DNA of 64,000 nucleotides from a bacterium (GCA_021810905.1 JAJZQH010000003.1:1897-65896), one strand, 5' to 3'; positions 1 to 10,675 are shown, counted from the stretch's first letter. Notes: generated by a model from the sequence alone, not told the origin. Numbers and translations: made by a program.

Positions 1-3000
1 AAAAGCAGGCGAAAGAGCGCCGCAAAGAGCACCATAAAGAGGCTCGAATGATTCTCCCGTGCCAGCGCCTTTAGCTTGTGCGCCACATCCTGACTGATGA
101 CAGTTCGATATTGCGCGGTTCTCCTGTCCGCGACGTCTCCTCCCTCACTATCGTGCGGCATCGAGGGGATGAAGAGTTCCGTCTTCTGTAAGGCATCCCT
201 CCAAAAGTCGATTTCAGGCTGTATCAATCTCCTGTCGCTCAGAAATCGGCGGTGCCATTCCGAATAATCACGAAACTGAAGCGAAGGAAGACCTGGCGTA
301 AAGCGCTCGCCGCCGTGTCGAGATCGCAGCATGGCCTCGATTTCGCGCTTCAGATTGTACAAGGACCACCCGTCTCCTATAATATGATTCATCGCGAAGA
401 GGAGATCCGATCCAACATCTCCGTTCTGCACCATGACCGCCCTGAAGAGCGATGGTTCCTCCAAAGCAAAAGCCGCGTCGCCTTCCTTCGCGGCGAGTGC
501 AGCAAACTCCGTCGCTACCTTCTCCCCTCTCTCGTTGGAAAGATCGACCATCCTGAAATGCAGCCGCCCGGTCTCGTGAATCCGCTGAAATACGCAGCCA
601 TCCTCCTCTTCGAACGATGTCCGCAAGCTTTCATGCCTGCGGACGATCAGGCAAAGCAACTCTTGAAGAACATCCGCCTCCACATTGTCGTCGAGATGCA
701 TGGTAAAGACCATGTTCGACGAGGCATCAGCCGGCTCCTCGCGATATCGCCGCCAGATCCTCTTCTGCGCGATGGTAGCATCATAGCGATCACAATCAGA
801 CGCAGGACGGATGATATATCGGCTTGCTCCCTCCCGCCGATTTCTCAACATTTCCGCAAGCGAGGCGATCGTCGGATGAATATAAATCGTCCTGATCCTG
901 AGATCCGCATGGAAGATGCGGTTCACGGCATTCATAACCTGCATCGCCCGCATCGAATGACCGCCGAGATCGAAGAAATCGTCATCTATACCGACTTCCT
1001 CCACACCCAGTTCGCGCTTCCAAATCTCTATCAATTGATTTTCCAATTCATCTTGCGCGCCGCGCCCGCCAGCACGCGGTCTCGTCGCCCCCTCTCGCTC
1101 TCCAGGACGGATCGGCCCTTCACATGTCAGGGCCGCATTCAATTCGCCACACTCGCCGATCCGCAGATCCGGATAATCCAGAATCTCCATGATTATCCGT
1201 TCAAAGGCCGAGACATAAGATCGGACTGTCGCCCCACTGAGTAGATTCGGGGCAAAAGCGAAGGATAAATGCAGTCCGCGCTCAACGTCATGAACGTGCA
1301 ATGCGAGCGGAAATTTCGCCGAGACGAAATCACCTTCTATTTTCTTGAATGAAGCATCCCCTATAAAGAGATGCGTAAAATCATGACTAACCTGACCGAA
1401 CATGACATCAAAGAGCTGCGCATGAGTGGATATTCCGTTCGCGTAAAGCCGGCCGACGAGATATTCAAACTGATACTCAGACCGATCATATCCTTCGAGG
1501 ATCACACCTCGCACACGGCGCATGAACTCACGCCATGTCAGATTCGAGCACATACAAAATCGCAGGGGTAACGTGTTGACGAACAGGCCGACCACTCGAT
1601 CGAACTCCGCGTTTTTACGATCCGTGAAGGGCATGCCGATGGTCACGTCCTTGCCGCCCGCAGCCCTCGAAAGGAGGACCGTCAGCGCCATCATCAATAC
1701 CATGTAGGTCGTCGCAGATTCCTCCTGTGCGAATCGCAGAAGACGCTCCGCGATACCCGAATCGAGATCGAGGGCGATGGACTCTTCTACGCAATCGAAC
1801 GATGAGAGTTGATCCCCCAGGATTGGAAGGGATTTTGTCTTCTCAATATCGCGGCATCGTTCTGACCAATATGCCTCATGCGCGTGTTTTACCGTGCTCT
1901 CGCGCAACCGCTGATGTTCCGAAAAATCTCTATATTGAAATACAGTCTCTGGGAGGATCTTTCCTCGATAGAGCGCATCCAGATCGTGAAAAAGGACGTG
2001 AGCGGACCGATCATCGAAGATGATATGATGCACGTCCATCGCGAGCACCTTCCTCCCGTCATCATATTCGACCAGGGCAAACCTCAAAAGAGGTGCCCTT
2101 TCCAGGCAAAAGGGACGGACGAACCGTTGCAGGGCACGCGTTTCACCATCGATTCGGTCGATTCGAAATGGAACAGATCGATGAATCCGCTGAAGCATGT
2201 TCCCATGCGCCACCTCGAAGGATGTCCTCAACGACTCATGGCGTTCGATCAGCGCCAGCACCGATGATTCGAGTTTCGGTACGTCGATATCGCCCAATAT
2301 CTCGTAAAAGAGAGGGATGTTATATGCGGTACTCTCCGGATGAAGTTGCTGCAGCAGGTAGAATCGGCGCTGAGACGATGACATTTCATAGCTATCGCGG
2401 GACTCGGTTCGATTGATTTCCGAAGTTGTCAAGACGCCATCGGCCGGAATTTTTCGAGCTAATTCCGCAATGCACGGATGTTCGAAGATATCGCCTATGG
2501 AAATCTCGGCGCCGAATTCGTTTCTGACGCGATCAACGATGCGAAGCGCGATCAAGGAATGCCCTCCGAGGTCGAAAAAATCATCGCGGACTCCCGCGCA
2601 TTCCATGCCGAGCTCTTGTCGCCAGATATCCGCCAGACGCAACTCAACGTCACTGCGCGGGGCCTCATATTCGTCATGAAATTCGGAGACCGCTTCCGAA
2701 AGCGCCGCACGATCCACTTTCCCGTGGATCGTGCGCGGTAACCGCGCCAATGACACAAATCTAGAGGGAACCATATAGCGCGGCAACATCTCCAGCATAT
2801 GTCGCCTAAGCTGCGTAACCCTATTATCTCCGTCAAAGACGACATAGGCCGACAGCGTTTTTTCGTCATGGACCGTTTGATTCACGACAACGACGTTTTC
2901 CTTTACCCCGCGATATGCAGCGATGCACTTCTCCACCTCTCCAAGTTCGATTCTATAACCACGCACCTTTACCTGATCATCGCGGCGGCCTATAAAATCG

Positions 3001-4178
3001 ATATCGCCCTCGGGAAGCATTCGCGCAAAATCGCCCGACCGATACATCCGCTCTCCGGGAACGAAAGGATCCGCGGAAAAGCGTTCCGCCGTCAGCCGCT
3101 CGTCATGGAGATATCCGCGTGATACCGCCGCGCCTGCAATATGGATCTCGCCCACTTGTCCGTCGGAAACTCGGAGTCCATCGTCGCCCATGAGATAGAT
3201 GCGCGTATTCGCAACAGGCTTCCCGACGGGGACATTCTCTCCGGGTTTGGGGCCGGTACGATAGCGATACGTCGTAGCGCAGATCGTCGTCTCAGTCGGA
3301 CCGTATGCATTGATGACGATCATTCGCTCATGCATGTCCTGATATCTTTTGAGGACTTCATCCCGGATCGGCTCGACGCCGACGAGAAGTTTTCGAAGTC
3401 GCAGCGTATCACGGGATCCGCTCAGAATCCTCGATACGTCGTCTATAAATCCAGGCGGAATGTACGCAAAAGTGACACCCTTCTCCCGAATCACATGGGT
3501 AAACTCCTCAACATCGTAGCATTGATCGTTCTTGAGCAGGATCAAACGCGATCCATGAAAAAGCGGGAGAAATATTTCGGCAACGCTCACGTCAAACGAG
3601 ATGCTGGCGCCGGCGAGAAAGACATCCGTTTCATCCAGGCGTCCTTCATAGACATCAGCCATGTGATGAATGAAGTTGGCGAGCTGGGCATGCTCGACCA
3701 TCACGCCCTTAGGCTTTCCCGTGGAACCGGACGTATATATGACATAAGCCAAATCGGACGGATCGGGCTGTACCTCCGGTTCCTCGATATCTCCCCGGAG
3801 GAAGAGGGAATCGTCCAGATCGATCACACGATATTCGTCGCTCCATTTCCACAAACTGCAGCTGCCGGACGTCATCACCACGCTCGATCCGCTCTCCTCC
3901 AGAATGCACTCGATACGCTTTCGCGGATTGGCGGAATCGAGCGGCAGATAGGCACCACCCGCCTTCAGGGCGGAAACCATGCCCACGATCATTTCGATCG
4001 ACCGATCGGCGACGATCCCTACGATTACATCGCGCCCGACGCCAAGCCCGCGGAGCCGATTAGCGATACGGCCCGCCCTCTTGTTCAACTCTCCATAGGT
4101 AATCCCTCGATCGCCGCACTCCACCGCTACGGCCTCGGGCCGCATCCTGCCCCACCTGCCGATAGCTTCAAACACCAT
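1..4178 (-). CDS. Nonribosomal peptide synthetase, 3'-partial (domain order A-T-C-T-C; continues beyond window start)
   Basis: The ATG at 4176-4178 overlaps the stop of the upstream gene (TGATG). Reverse-strand translation gives adenylation core A3 LAYVIYTSGSTGKPKGVMVEH (3690-3761) and A4 SISFDVSVAEIF. PCP core DDFFDLGGHSLIALRI lies at 2541-2591. C-domain motifs are SSSQRRFYLLQQL, RHESLRTSF, MDVHHIIFDD (2010-2039) and VGLFVNTLPLR. A second PCP DDDFFDLGGHSM (951-983) and a second C domain (IAQKRIWR, RHESLRTSF, MNHIIGDGWS at 366-392) follow. All motifs share one frame. The minus-strand codons over 1-250 were translated explicitly and contain no stop down to position 3; no stop was encountered anywhere motif-to-motif translation was done. 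Confidence 0.85.
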   Translation of the reverse strand, partial: MVFEAIGRWGRMRPEAVAVECGDRGITYGELNKRAGRIANRLRGLGVGRDVIVGIVADRSIEMIVGMVSALKAGGAYLPLDSANPRKRIECILEESGSSVVMTSGSCSLWKWSDEYRVIDLDDSLFLRGDIEEPEVQPDPSDLAYVIYTSGSTGKPKGVMVEHAQLANFIHHMADVYEGRLDETDVFLAGASISFDVSVAEIFLPLFHGSRLILLKNDQCYDVEEFTHVIREKGVTFAYIPPGFIDDVSRILSGSRDTLRLRKLLVGVEPIRDEVLKRYQDMHERMIVINAYGPTETTICATTYRYRTGPKPGENVPVGKPVANTRIYLMGDDGLRVSDGQVGEIHIAGAAVSRGYLHDERLTAERFSADPFVPGERMYRSGDFARMLPEGDIDFIGRRDDQVKVRGYRIELGEVEKCIAAYRGVKENVVVVNQTVHDEKTLSAYVVFDGDNRVTQLRRHMLEMLPRYMVPSRFVSLARLPRTIHGKVDRAALSEAVSEFHDEYEAPRSDVELRLADIWRQELGMECAGVRDDFFDLGGHSLIALRIVDRVRNEFGAEISIGDIFEHPCIAELARKIPADGVLTTSEINRTESRDSYEMSSSQRRFYLLQQLHPESTAYNIPLFYEILGDIDVPKLESSVLALIERHESLRTSFEVAHGNMLQRIHRSVPFRIDRIDGETRALQRFVRPFCLERAPLLRFALVEYDDGRKVLAMDVHHIIFDDRSAHVLFHDLDALYRGKILPETVFQYRDFSEHQRLRESTVKHAHEAYWSERCRDIEKTKSLPILGDQLSSFDCVEESIALDLDSGIAERLLRFAQEESATTYMVLMMALTVLLSRAAGGKDVTIGMPFTDRKNAEFDRVVGLFVNTLPLRFCMCSNLTWREFMRRVRGVILEGYDRSEYQFEYLVGRLYANGISTHAQLFDVMFGQVSHDFTHLFIGDASFKKIEGDFVSAKFPLALHVHDVERGLHLSFAFAPNLLSGATVRSYVSAFERIIMEILDYPDLRIGECGELNAALTCEGPIRPGEREGATRPRAGGRGAQDELENQLIEIWKRELGVEEVGIDDDFFDLGGHSMRAMQVMNAVNRIFHADLRIRTIYIHPTIASLAEMLRNRREGASRYIIRPASDCDRYDATIAQKRIWRRYREEPADASSNMVFTMHLDDNVEADVLQELLCLIVRRHESLRTSFEEEDGCVFQRIHETGRLHFRMVDLSNERGEKVATEFAALAAKEGDAAFALEEPSLFRAVMVQNGDVGSDLLFAMNHIIGDGWSLYNLKREIEAMLRSRHGGERFTPGLPSLQFRDYSEWHRRFLSDRRLIQPEIDFWRDALQKTELFIPSMPHDSEGGDVADRRTAQYRTVISQDVAHKLKALARENHSSLFMVLFAALFRLL

Positions 4179-5113
4179 CATAATGCGCCGCCCTTCGTGA
4201 CAGAAGTCTTCCCCTCACGATGCACGTTTGCAAAGATTTCGCCGATGATACCGAGGACTGAAGCGATGGTGATGTTGGAGACATCCAACGATGGGGCGAA
4301 TTCCACGATATCGAAGGCGCGCACTGAAATCGGAAGCGACTCGATCATCTTGAGGAGCACGCTTACCGGGATTCCGGCGGCCACGGGCGTTCCCGTTCCC
4401 GGAGCACAGGATGGATCGAGCACATCCACGTCGACCGACACATACAGATGATCGACACGGCGGGAGATATCTTCAACGCCTCGTCGAAATCGCTCCAGCG
4501 CACCAGTATCGAAGAGAAGTTCGTCTGAGGGCAGCTCGTGAATGCCCGTCCGCTTGATATACGGCATCTCCTCCTGTTCATACGCGCGCGTTCCCACCAG
4601 GAGGCAGTCGGTCGGCCTGATCTCCGTCGTTTCAATCGCGCGACGCAGCGCCGATCCATGTGAGAAAGAAAAACCATGATACGTATCGAGTAGATCGGGA
4701 TGCGCGTCGAACCAGATAACACCCGTCCTCCCTCGCTTCGCCACAGCCTTGAGGATAGGATGGGTAACGGAGTGATCGCCCCCTATGGACACAAGCGTTG
4801 AATCCGTCCCGTCAAGGACGGCGGAACAGCTGCATTCTATGGCGTCGAATGTCTTCATCGCATCGAAGGTGGAAACGTCAACATCTCCAATGTCGAGGAT
4901 CCGTATTGACGACAGGTCATCGCCGCGACGGGATGTCGATTTCAACCTCCCAGTCATGGATCGCACTCGCCCGGGCGCAAAAGCGGCGCCACGCTGGCCG
5001 CCGGCTCCTCCGTCGAATGGTATCCCGAGGATGAGCACGTCGGCATCGCCAGGGGAATTCGCTTTTGTCCCCACTCCGTTCCATGCGCCATATCCTTCGG
5101 ATTTTAAAAACAT
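4178..5113 (-). CDS. Arginase/agmatinase-family ureohydrolase
   Basis: Conserved ureohydrolase blocks GGDHSVTHP, DAHPDL and SVDVDVLDP are present. An AGGAGG RBS lies 5 nt upstream of the ATG at 5113. The stop overlaps the NRPS start. Confidence 0.8.
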   Translation of the reverse strand: MFLKSEGYGAWNGVGTKANSPGDADVLILGIPFDGGAGGQRGAAFAPGRVRSMTGRLKSTSRRGDDLSSIRILDIGDVDVSTFDAMKTFDAIECSCSAVLDGTDSTLVSIGGDHSVTHPILKAVAKRGRTGVIWFDAHPDLLDTYHGFSFSHGSALRRAIETTEIRPTDCLLVGTRAYEQEEMPYIKRTGIHELPSDELLFDTGALERFRRGVEDISRRVDHLYVSVDVDVLDPSCAPGTGTPVAAGIPVSVLLKMIESLPISVRAFDIVEFAPSLDVSNITIASVLGIIGEIFANVHREGKTSVTKGGAL

Positions 5114-5238
5114 AACATTCCTCCTATTCGAGAGCCCGTAACCCCGGACATTGCATGCAGGTCGAGTGTCCCAAAAAACAGCCCCGACAAAACGCTGGCT
5201 GGTCATGCATCATCCATGGGCACACAGTGATATTGCGC

Positions 5239-5823
5239 CTAGGGAATCGGCACAACGTTGAACTGGAACTGGGTCCCATCGACGATCTTCCGTTCAATGC
5301 TGTCAAGATCGCTCACGACTGCACAATAAGACGCCAGCCAATCAAGCGCCCTCTGTTTGTCGCTGTCACGGGTGGAGACCACTCCGTCGGACGGTACGAT
5401 CACATGATAGCCCCGGAAATAAGCATCCGCCGCCGTCGTTTGCACACATATCTGCGTCTGCATACCTGTGATGACGATGGTATCGACACCCAGCACCTTA
5501 AGACGTTCGTCGAGTTTCGTCTCGAAGAACCCGCTATCCTTATTCTTCTCAACGATGATATCACGATCATCGAGGTAGTCCTGTGCTATCATTGCGCCCT
5601 TTGTACCGCGCAGGACGGGCAACACGCCGTTATGAAGCTCCGCGTGGTTGTCGTCCTCGTCATAGATCAGCTGAAGATGGACGATTGGAATATTCATCTC
5701 GCGCATTTTTTTGAGAAAGCGGATCATCGAAGGAGCGAATCGCTCGACCTGCTTGCGGCGCTCTTCATTCTTGTTAATGAGGTCATACTGCAGATCGTTG
5801 GTTAAAATTGCATATCGCGCCAT
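5239..5823 (-). CDS. Isochorismatase-family (cysteine) hydrolase
   Basis: The protein starts MARYAILTNDL and carries ITGMQTQICVQTTAADAYFRGY, typical of the isochorismatase/CSHase fold. A GGGGAG RBS precedes the start. Confidence 0.75.
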   Translation of the reverse strand: MARYAILTNDLQYDLINKNEERRKQVERFAPSMIRFLKKMREMNIPIVHLQLIYDEDDNHAELHNGVLPVLRGTKGAMIAQDYLDDRDIIVEKNKDSGFFETKLDERLKVLGVDTIVITGMQTQICVQTTAADAYFRGYHVIVPSDGVVSTRDSDKQRALDWLASYCAVVSDLDSIERKIVDGTQFQFNVVPIP

Positions 5824-5878
5824 TTTGGACTCCCCTAAATATTGAACAACAAATTCGTGCACAATAGCTTCCATTCGC

Positions 5879-7294
5879 TCAGATGGACCGACCAATATTC
5901 CTCTTCATCATTGTTGAAAATCGCGAAAGTCCATCCTTCCAGATTTCGAAAATCTCCTGCTCGTCGAGATATTCTGTTCTGGTCACGGATGGCTGATCTT
6001 CTCGCCAGCTGTCAAAGTTTTCGCCAATAATCGTCAAATGATAGCGTTCGAAATTATGGTAGAGGTCGGTCCCCGGATAAGGCGTCGTGATATAGTACTC
6101 CACGATATCCGCGAGCCCCTCTTCGAGCAGCTTTTCGGCATAGGCGATCGTCCGGTAGGCGGTATCCCTCGATTCGCCAGGCAGCCCAACCATCCAGTAA
6201 AGGAGGACATTCAGCCCGGCATCCTTGGCCATTTTACAGGATGCTCTGATCTGCTCGACTCGAATTCCCTTCCGGATGAGATCGAGTAATTCCTGGTTCG
6301 CACTCTCCGCGCCGTACTTGATGAGCCGGCAATTGCCCTCATGCATCTTTCGGAGGATTCGGGGGGTCACAAGATCGCAACGCGTCTGAGCGATCCATCG
6401 AAAACCCCGGTTCCGCATCTCCATTCCAAACTCCTCCACATAGGAGGGATTCGTCGTGAATGATTCATCGCCGACATAAAGCAGATCTATGTCAAAATAT
6501 TTTCGTAGAAGTTCCGCCTGCGTTACGGTTCGCTCCATACTCTGATACAACGGTTTTCTCCCCTTCCAGATCGTGTCCGCACAATACGCACAGTTATAGG
6601 TACAGCCCCTCGACGTATAGATCCGGGCGAAAGGAATCTGACCGCGATAGATGTCGTTCGGTATGAGATGATATGCCGGCATAGGGAGACGATCGGATAT
6701 GATCGCTTCCTTGCTGAATGGATTTACATTGATCTCACCATCACGTTTCCACGAGATTCCCGGGATACCTCTAAGATCTCCGCCATCATGGAGGCACCGT
6801 AATAGATCTGGCAGGATGAATTCGCCCTCCCCTCTCACAACGATATCGATATCCTCCTCTTCCAGGCATGAGCGATCCGTATAGGACACATGTGGTCCGC
6901 CAAGAACAACGAAGACATCTCGGCCCAGCACTTTTTTGACCAATCGGGAAACGCGAACGGCAACGCTGAAACTATTGGTAAAAGGCGACATGCCAACCAC
7001 ACGAGATGTGACCTGGCTGAGTTCCCTCGCAATGGCATCATAGTCGATGTCGCATCCGGAATAAGATGTGAGATCCAGGACATCTGCGGTCAAGCCTTCG
7101 TGCTCAAGGGTTCCCCCCAACGCGGCAATCCAAAGCGGGAGCTCCTTGATGTCGTAGATCGGGGCTTTTACGAATTTTCCACCGATTCTCCGTTCAAAGA
7201 AATCCCAGTAGACATCATAAAACGCGCTCTCCTCTTTATGAATGAACGGTTTCGCGATCAGCGGAAGCTGGATAAACGTAAAATCACTGTTCAT
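5879..7294 (-). CDS. B12-binding-domain radical SAM enzyme (class B rSAM)
   Basis: An N-terminal B12-binding-like domain (VVLGGPHVS) is followed by the radical SAM CxxxCxxC motif TSRGCTYNCAYC. Its start overlaps the hypF stop by 4 nt (ATGA). Confidence 0.8.
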   Translation of the reverse strand: MNSDFTFIQLPLIAKPFIHKEESAFYDVYWDFFERRIGGKFVKAPIYDIKELPLWIAALGGTLEHEGLTADVLDLTSYSGCDIDYDAIARELSQVTSRVVGMSPFTNSFSVAVRVSRLVKKVLGRDVFVVLGGPHVSYTDRSCLEEEDIDIVVRGEGEFILPDLLRCLHDGGDLRGIPGISWKRDGEINVNPFSKEAIISDRLPMPAYHLIPNDIYRGQIPFARIYTSRGCTYNCAYCADTIWKGRKPLYQSMERTVTQAELLRKYFDIDLLYVGDESFTTNPSYVEEFGMEMRNRGFRWIAQTRCDLVTPRILRKMHEGNCRLIKYGAESANQELLDLIRKGIRVEQIRASCKMAKDAGLNVLLYWMVGLPGESRDTAYRTIAYAEKLLEEGLADIVEYYITTPYPGTDLYHNFERYHLTIIGENFDSWREDQPSVTRTEYLDEQEIFEIWKDGLSRFSTMMKRNIGRSI

Positions 7295-9630
7295 GATATT
7301 TCCTCGTCTCCAATCGATGAGCGGCCAAACTGGAGACCCGCGATGATCGCCTGTCCAAGCGACACACCGCCGTCATTGCTCGGAACCCTCGAATGCCTAT
7401 AAACGGAGAACCCGTCGTGCGTGAGAGAGCGGTAACAATGCGAGAGAAGAAATTCATTCATGAAGACACCGCCGCTCAAGACGACCTTCGCAAGCCCATG
7501 CGTGAGCCGGATGCGATGACAAACGTCTCTGACAATATCTACGATCGTTTGATGAAAACGACGGCTGATAACGCCAAGCGAGATGCCACCTCGCACGAGG
7601 AGATCCACGATCTCACGAATCATCGGCCGCATATCAATCATCCCAGAGGATGTTGATTCCATGAAGTCATAAGAGAACGATGTAAATTCATCCTCTCCGT
7701 CCGCCATGATGTATTCGAGTGCCATGGCCGCATGCCCTTCATGGGAAATTGACTCGATCACGCCGATAAGCGCGGAAACAGCATCAAACAAGCGGCCCAT
7801 GCTCGACGTTTGTGGAGAATTGATCCCTTGTTTCGCCATACGCAGAAGGAGATCCAGTTCGTCGCCCTGTCGTTCTCGGATAATCGGCAGGGGGAGTTCA
7901 CGAAGCACGTGCTCATCGTAGATCTGTGAAAGAATACCTATCGCCGTTCTATAGGGATGCTGCACAGCTTTATCTCCACCCGGAAGCGGAAAAGGCCGCA
8001 GGCAGGCAAAACGCTGAAATTGTTCATAACCTCCGACAAGGAACTCACCGCCCCAGATGCTGCCATCGGCGCCGTATCCGGCTCCATCGAAGATGACGCC
8101 GATCACGTCCTCATCCAGGCCATGCTCGCACATACATGAAGCCATATGGGCATGATGATGTTGAACCCTGACCACAGGAAGATGTTCCATTTCCTCGGCA
8201 TAGGCGCTCGTCAGAAAATCCGGATGGAGATCGCATGCTACAAGCTCAGGCGCAATATCATAGCTCGCCCTGATATGATCGATGATCTCACGGAGGAACC
8301 GGTAGATATATTGATTATTGATATTTCCTATATGTTGACTGACGAACATCCTCCTGTCCTTTGTCAGGCATATCGTGTTCTTCAGATCTGCACCGAGCGC
8401 CAACACGGAAGGAAGGGTACGATGGCACATGATCGGATGGGGGGCATATCCGCGCGCTCGGCGGAGTATCTCAACATGATGGCCATCCCCATTCGAGCCC
8501 ATACATCTGACGATCGAATCGTCGATTCTGATATGGATATTGCGGTCATGCGAAAGAAAAAAATCTGCGACGTCTTCGAGCTTCGTCAAGGCATCGTCGT
8601 CATCGCTGATGATCGGCTCATCAACCGCATTGCCGCTTGTGGCCACAAGTGCCGGAAAATGACCCCGGAGCAAGAGATAATGAAGGGGTGTGGAAGCAAG
8701 CATGACTCCGTAGCGACGGTTATCCGGGGCTACAGCCTGGCAAATGAGATCGTTCTTCTTCTTTCGGAGCAAAACGATGGGACGTTGTGGGGAAGCAAGC
8801 AACTGCCGTTCATCCTCCGAAACATGCGCAAAACAACGTACCTTGTCGATTTCGTCGGACATCATCGCAAAAGGCTTGAGGCTGCGCCGCTTCCTCCTGC
8901 GCAACTCGTTGACGGCGTCTTCCTGCGACGGATCAACCATTAAATGATAGCCGCCTAGCCCCTTGACGGCGATAATTAACCCTTGCCGCAGAAAATTCAC
9001 GGTTTCAAGGATGGGATCGCGGGTATCTACCGGCTCGCCATCTCGCCGCTTGAGAAAGAGCTGCGGTCCGCACTTCCAGCACGCATTGGGCTCTGCGTGA
9101 AATCGTCGATCCGACATATCCTCATATTCATCCATGCATTCCTCGCACATCCGGAACACATGCATCGTCGTATTGCACCGATCGTAGGGAATGTCCTTGA
9201 TGATGGAGTATCGAGGCCCACAATTCGTGCAGTTGATGAAAGGGTAACGATGCCGCCGGTCGGCGGGGTCGAAGAGTTCAGACAAACACTCGGAACAGAT
9301 GCTGGCGTCGGGAGAGATGAGTGTTTCGCGTGAGGCATCTTGCCTGCTCTCCAGGATGCGAAACTCCTTATGGAGGCCAGTCGCCTTTTCGACTGAGATG
9401 AGCTTGATCTCATCAACGACGGCCATGGACGGCGCATCGAATTTGAGCTCCTGAATGAATTTCGCGCTTTCCTCCTGCGGCCCTTCAATTTCGACAACCA
9501 CGCCCCGTGAATTGTTGAGGACCCATCCGCGAAGATCGTATTTCTTGGCGACGCGATAGACAAAGGGCCTGAATCCTACTCCCTGTACGATCCCGCTGAT
9601 CAGATATCGGCGCACTTCAAACATGGCCAT
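7291..9630 (-). CDS. hypF: Carbamoyltransferase HypF (full architecture: acylphosphatase + 2 Zn fingers + YrdC-like + Kae1-like)
   Basis: The N-terminal acylphosphatase motif VQGVGFRPFVY is followed by two CxxC-x18-CxxC zinc-finger units (CSECL...CTNCGPRYS; CEECM...CWKCGPQ). A YrdC-like region (AVKGLGGYHLMVD) and a Kae1/HypF C-terminal domain (HHHAHMAS) complete the architecture. Confidence 0.85.
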   Translation of the reverse strand: MAMFEVRRYLISGIVQGVGFRPFVYRVAKKYDLRGWVLNNSRGVVVEIEGPQEESAKFIQELKFDAPSMAVVDEIKLISVEKATGLHKEFRILESRQDASRETLISPDASICSECLSELFDPADRRHRYPFINCTNCGPRYSIIKDIPYDRCNTTMHVFRMCEECMDEYEDMSDRRFHAEPNACWKCGPQLFLKRRDGEPVDTRDPILETVNFLRQGLIIAVKGLGGYHLMVDPSQEDAVNELRRRKRRSLKPFAMMSDEIDKVRCFAHVSEDERQLLASPQRPIVLLRKKKNDLICQAVAPDNRRYGVMLASTPLHYLLLRGHFPALVATSGNAVDEPIISDDDDALTKLEDVADFFLSHDRNIHIRIDDSIVRCMGSNGDGHHVEILRRARGYAPHPIMCHRTLPSVLALGADLKNTICLTKDRRMFVSQHIGNINNQYIYRFLREIIDHIRASYDIAPELVACDLHPDFLTSAYAEEMEHLPVVRVQHHHAHMASCMCEHGLDEDVIGVIFDGAGYGADGSIWGGEFLVGGYEQFQRFACLRPFPLPGGDKAVQHPYRTAIGILSQIYDEHVLRELPLPIIRERQGDELDLLLRMAKQGINSPQTSSMGRLFDAVSALIGVIESISHEGHAAMALEYIMADGEDEFTSFSYDFMESTSSGMIDMRPMIREIVDLLVRGGISLGVISRRFHQTIVDIVRDVCHRIRLTHGLAKVVLSGGVFMNEFLLSHCYRSLTHDGFSVYRHSRVPSNDGGVSLGQAIIAGLQFGRSSIGDEEIS

Positions 9631-9652
9631 TTGCGCCTCCGCAATAACGTAT

Positions 9653-10675
9653 TCAGCATAGTCTCGGAAGTTCAGCCCCCTGCAGCAACTGGACGATTTT
9701 TTCCTCCCCGCCTTCGCCGCACATCACGACGTGGCAATCATCACATTCTAACACTTTACCGATGACCGATGCGTGTTCCCCATATCGATGCCGACGGAGC
9801 GTTTCGACAATCCCCTTGCTCGCTCCGGAGGAAGCGAAGATGCAGACATTCCCTTCATTGGCGAGGTAGAGAGGATTTACGCCCAGCATGTCCGCGGCCA
9901 TAACGGTCTCATGCAGGATGGGAAGCCGCACCTGTTCGATGCGCACGCCGAACCCCCCTAGCTGCGAGATCTCGTTTAAGAGCGTTCCCAACCCGCCACG
10001 CGTGATATCGCGCATGCAATGAATACGATTCCCAAACTCTTTCAGCACACCCGCAATCATATCGTTGAGTGGAGCGCAGTCGCTTTGAATCCGCCGTTCG
10101 AACCCCAACCCTTCACGAATTGAAAGTATATGGATGCTGTGATTGCCGAGCTGTCCGGAGATGATGACATCGTCGCCTGGCCGAATGGACGATATCGAAA
10201 GATGTATATCATTAGGCTGAAAAATACCGATGCCGGATGTGTTGATAAAAATCTTGTCGACCTCGCCGCGTTTGACGACCTTCGTATCCCCGGCAACGAT
10301 ATACACTTCCGCCTCCAGTGCCGCGTCACGGATGGAATGCAGGATCTGTTCGAAATCCGAAAGCGGGAAGCCCTCCTCCAGGACGAAGGCGAGCGTCAGG
10401 TACAGCGGCTTGGCGCCGCTAACAGCCAGGTCGTTCACCGTGCCGCAAACGGCGAGCTTACCAATATTCCCGCCGTGAAAAAAAATCGGATCCAGAACAA
10501 AAGAATCGGTGGTGATAGCAATGCGATCGGCCTTCCACTCGAGTACGGTGCTGTCCTCCATCTGGCCTCGGTGGGTCTCACCGAGGCATCGCACGATGAC
10601 ATCTCTGATGAGATCCCCACTCAACTTGCCACCGGTTCCGTGATCGAGCACAATGCGATCTGACAGATAATTCAT
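9653..10675 (-). CDS. hypE: HypE (PurM-like carbamoyl dehydratase with C-terminal Cys)
   Basis: The N-terminus LDHGTGGK matches the HypE/PurM family, and the protein ends ...ELPRLC*, matching the HypE C-terminal PR[IL]C acceptor cysteine. Start was chosen at MNYLS (10675); the ORF track uses an upstream TTG (10693). Confidence 0.85.
   Translation of the reverse strand: MNYLSDRIVLDHGTGGKLSGDLIRDVIVRCLGETHRGQMEDSTVLEWKADRIAITTDSFVLDPIFFHGGNIGKLAVCGTVNDLAVSGAKPLYLTLAFVLEEGFPLSDFEQILHSIRDAALEAEVYIVAGDTKVVKRGEVDKIFINTSGIGIFQPNDIHLSISSIRPGDDVIISGQLGNHSIHILSIREGLGFERRIQSDCAPLNDMIAGVLKEFGNRIHCMRDITRGGLGTLLNEISQLGGFGVRIEQVRLPILHETVMAADMLGVNPLYLANEGNVCIFASSGASKGIVETLRRHRYGEHASVIGKVLECDDCHVVMCGEGGEEKIVQLLQGAELPRLC

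Noticed and set aside
252-4451. Plus-strand ORFs 252..1244 (330 aa), 1878..2267, 3141..4451 (436 aa) and neighbours
   Set aside because: No recognisable protein features. They lie antisense to the minus-strand NRPS, whose A, T and C core motifs are unambiguous; open antisense frames are expected at this GC content.
7291-10675. Reading hypE/hypF as ordinary hydrogenase maturation genes
   Set aside because: Not rejected outright, but no hydrogenase, hypA/B/C/D or nickel-transport gene occurs in 64 kb. The genes are translationally coupled to radical-SAM, hydrolase and NRPS genes under one sigma-54 promoter, so a biosynthetic role is the better-supported reading within this window.
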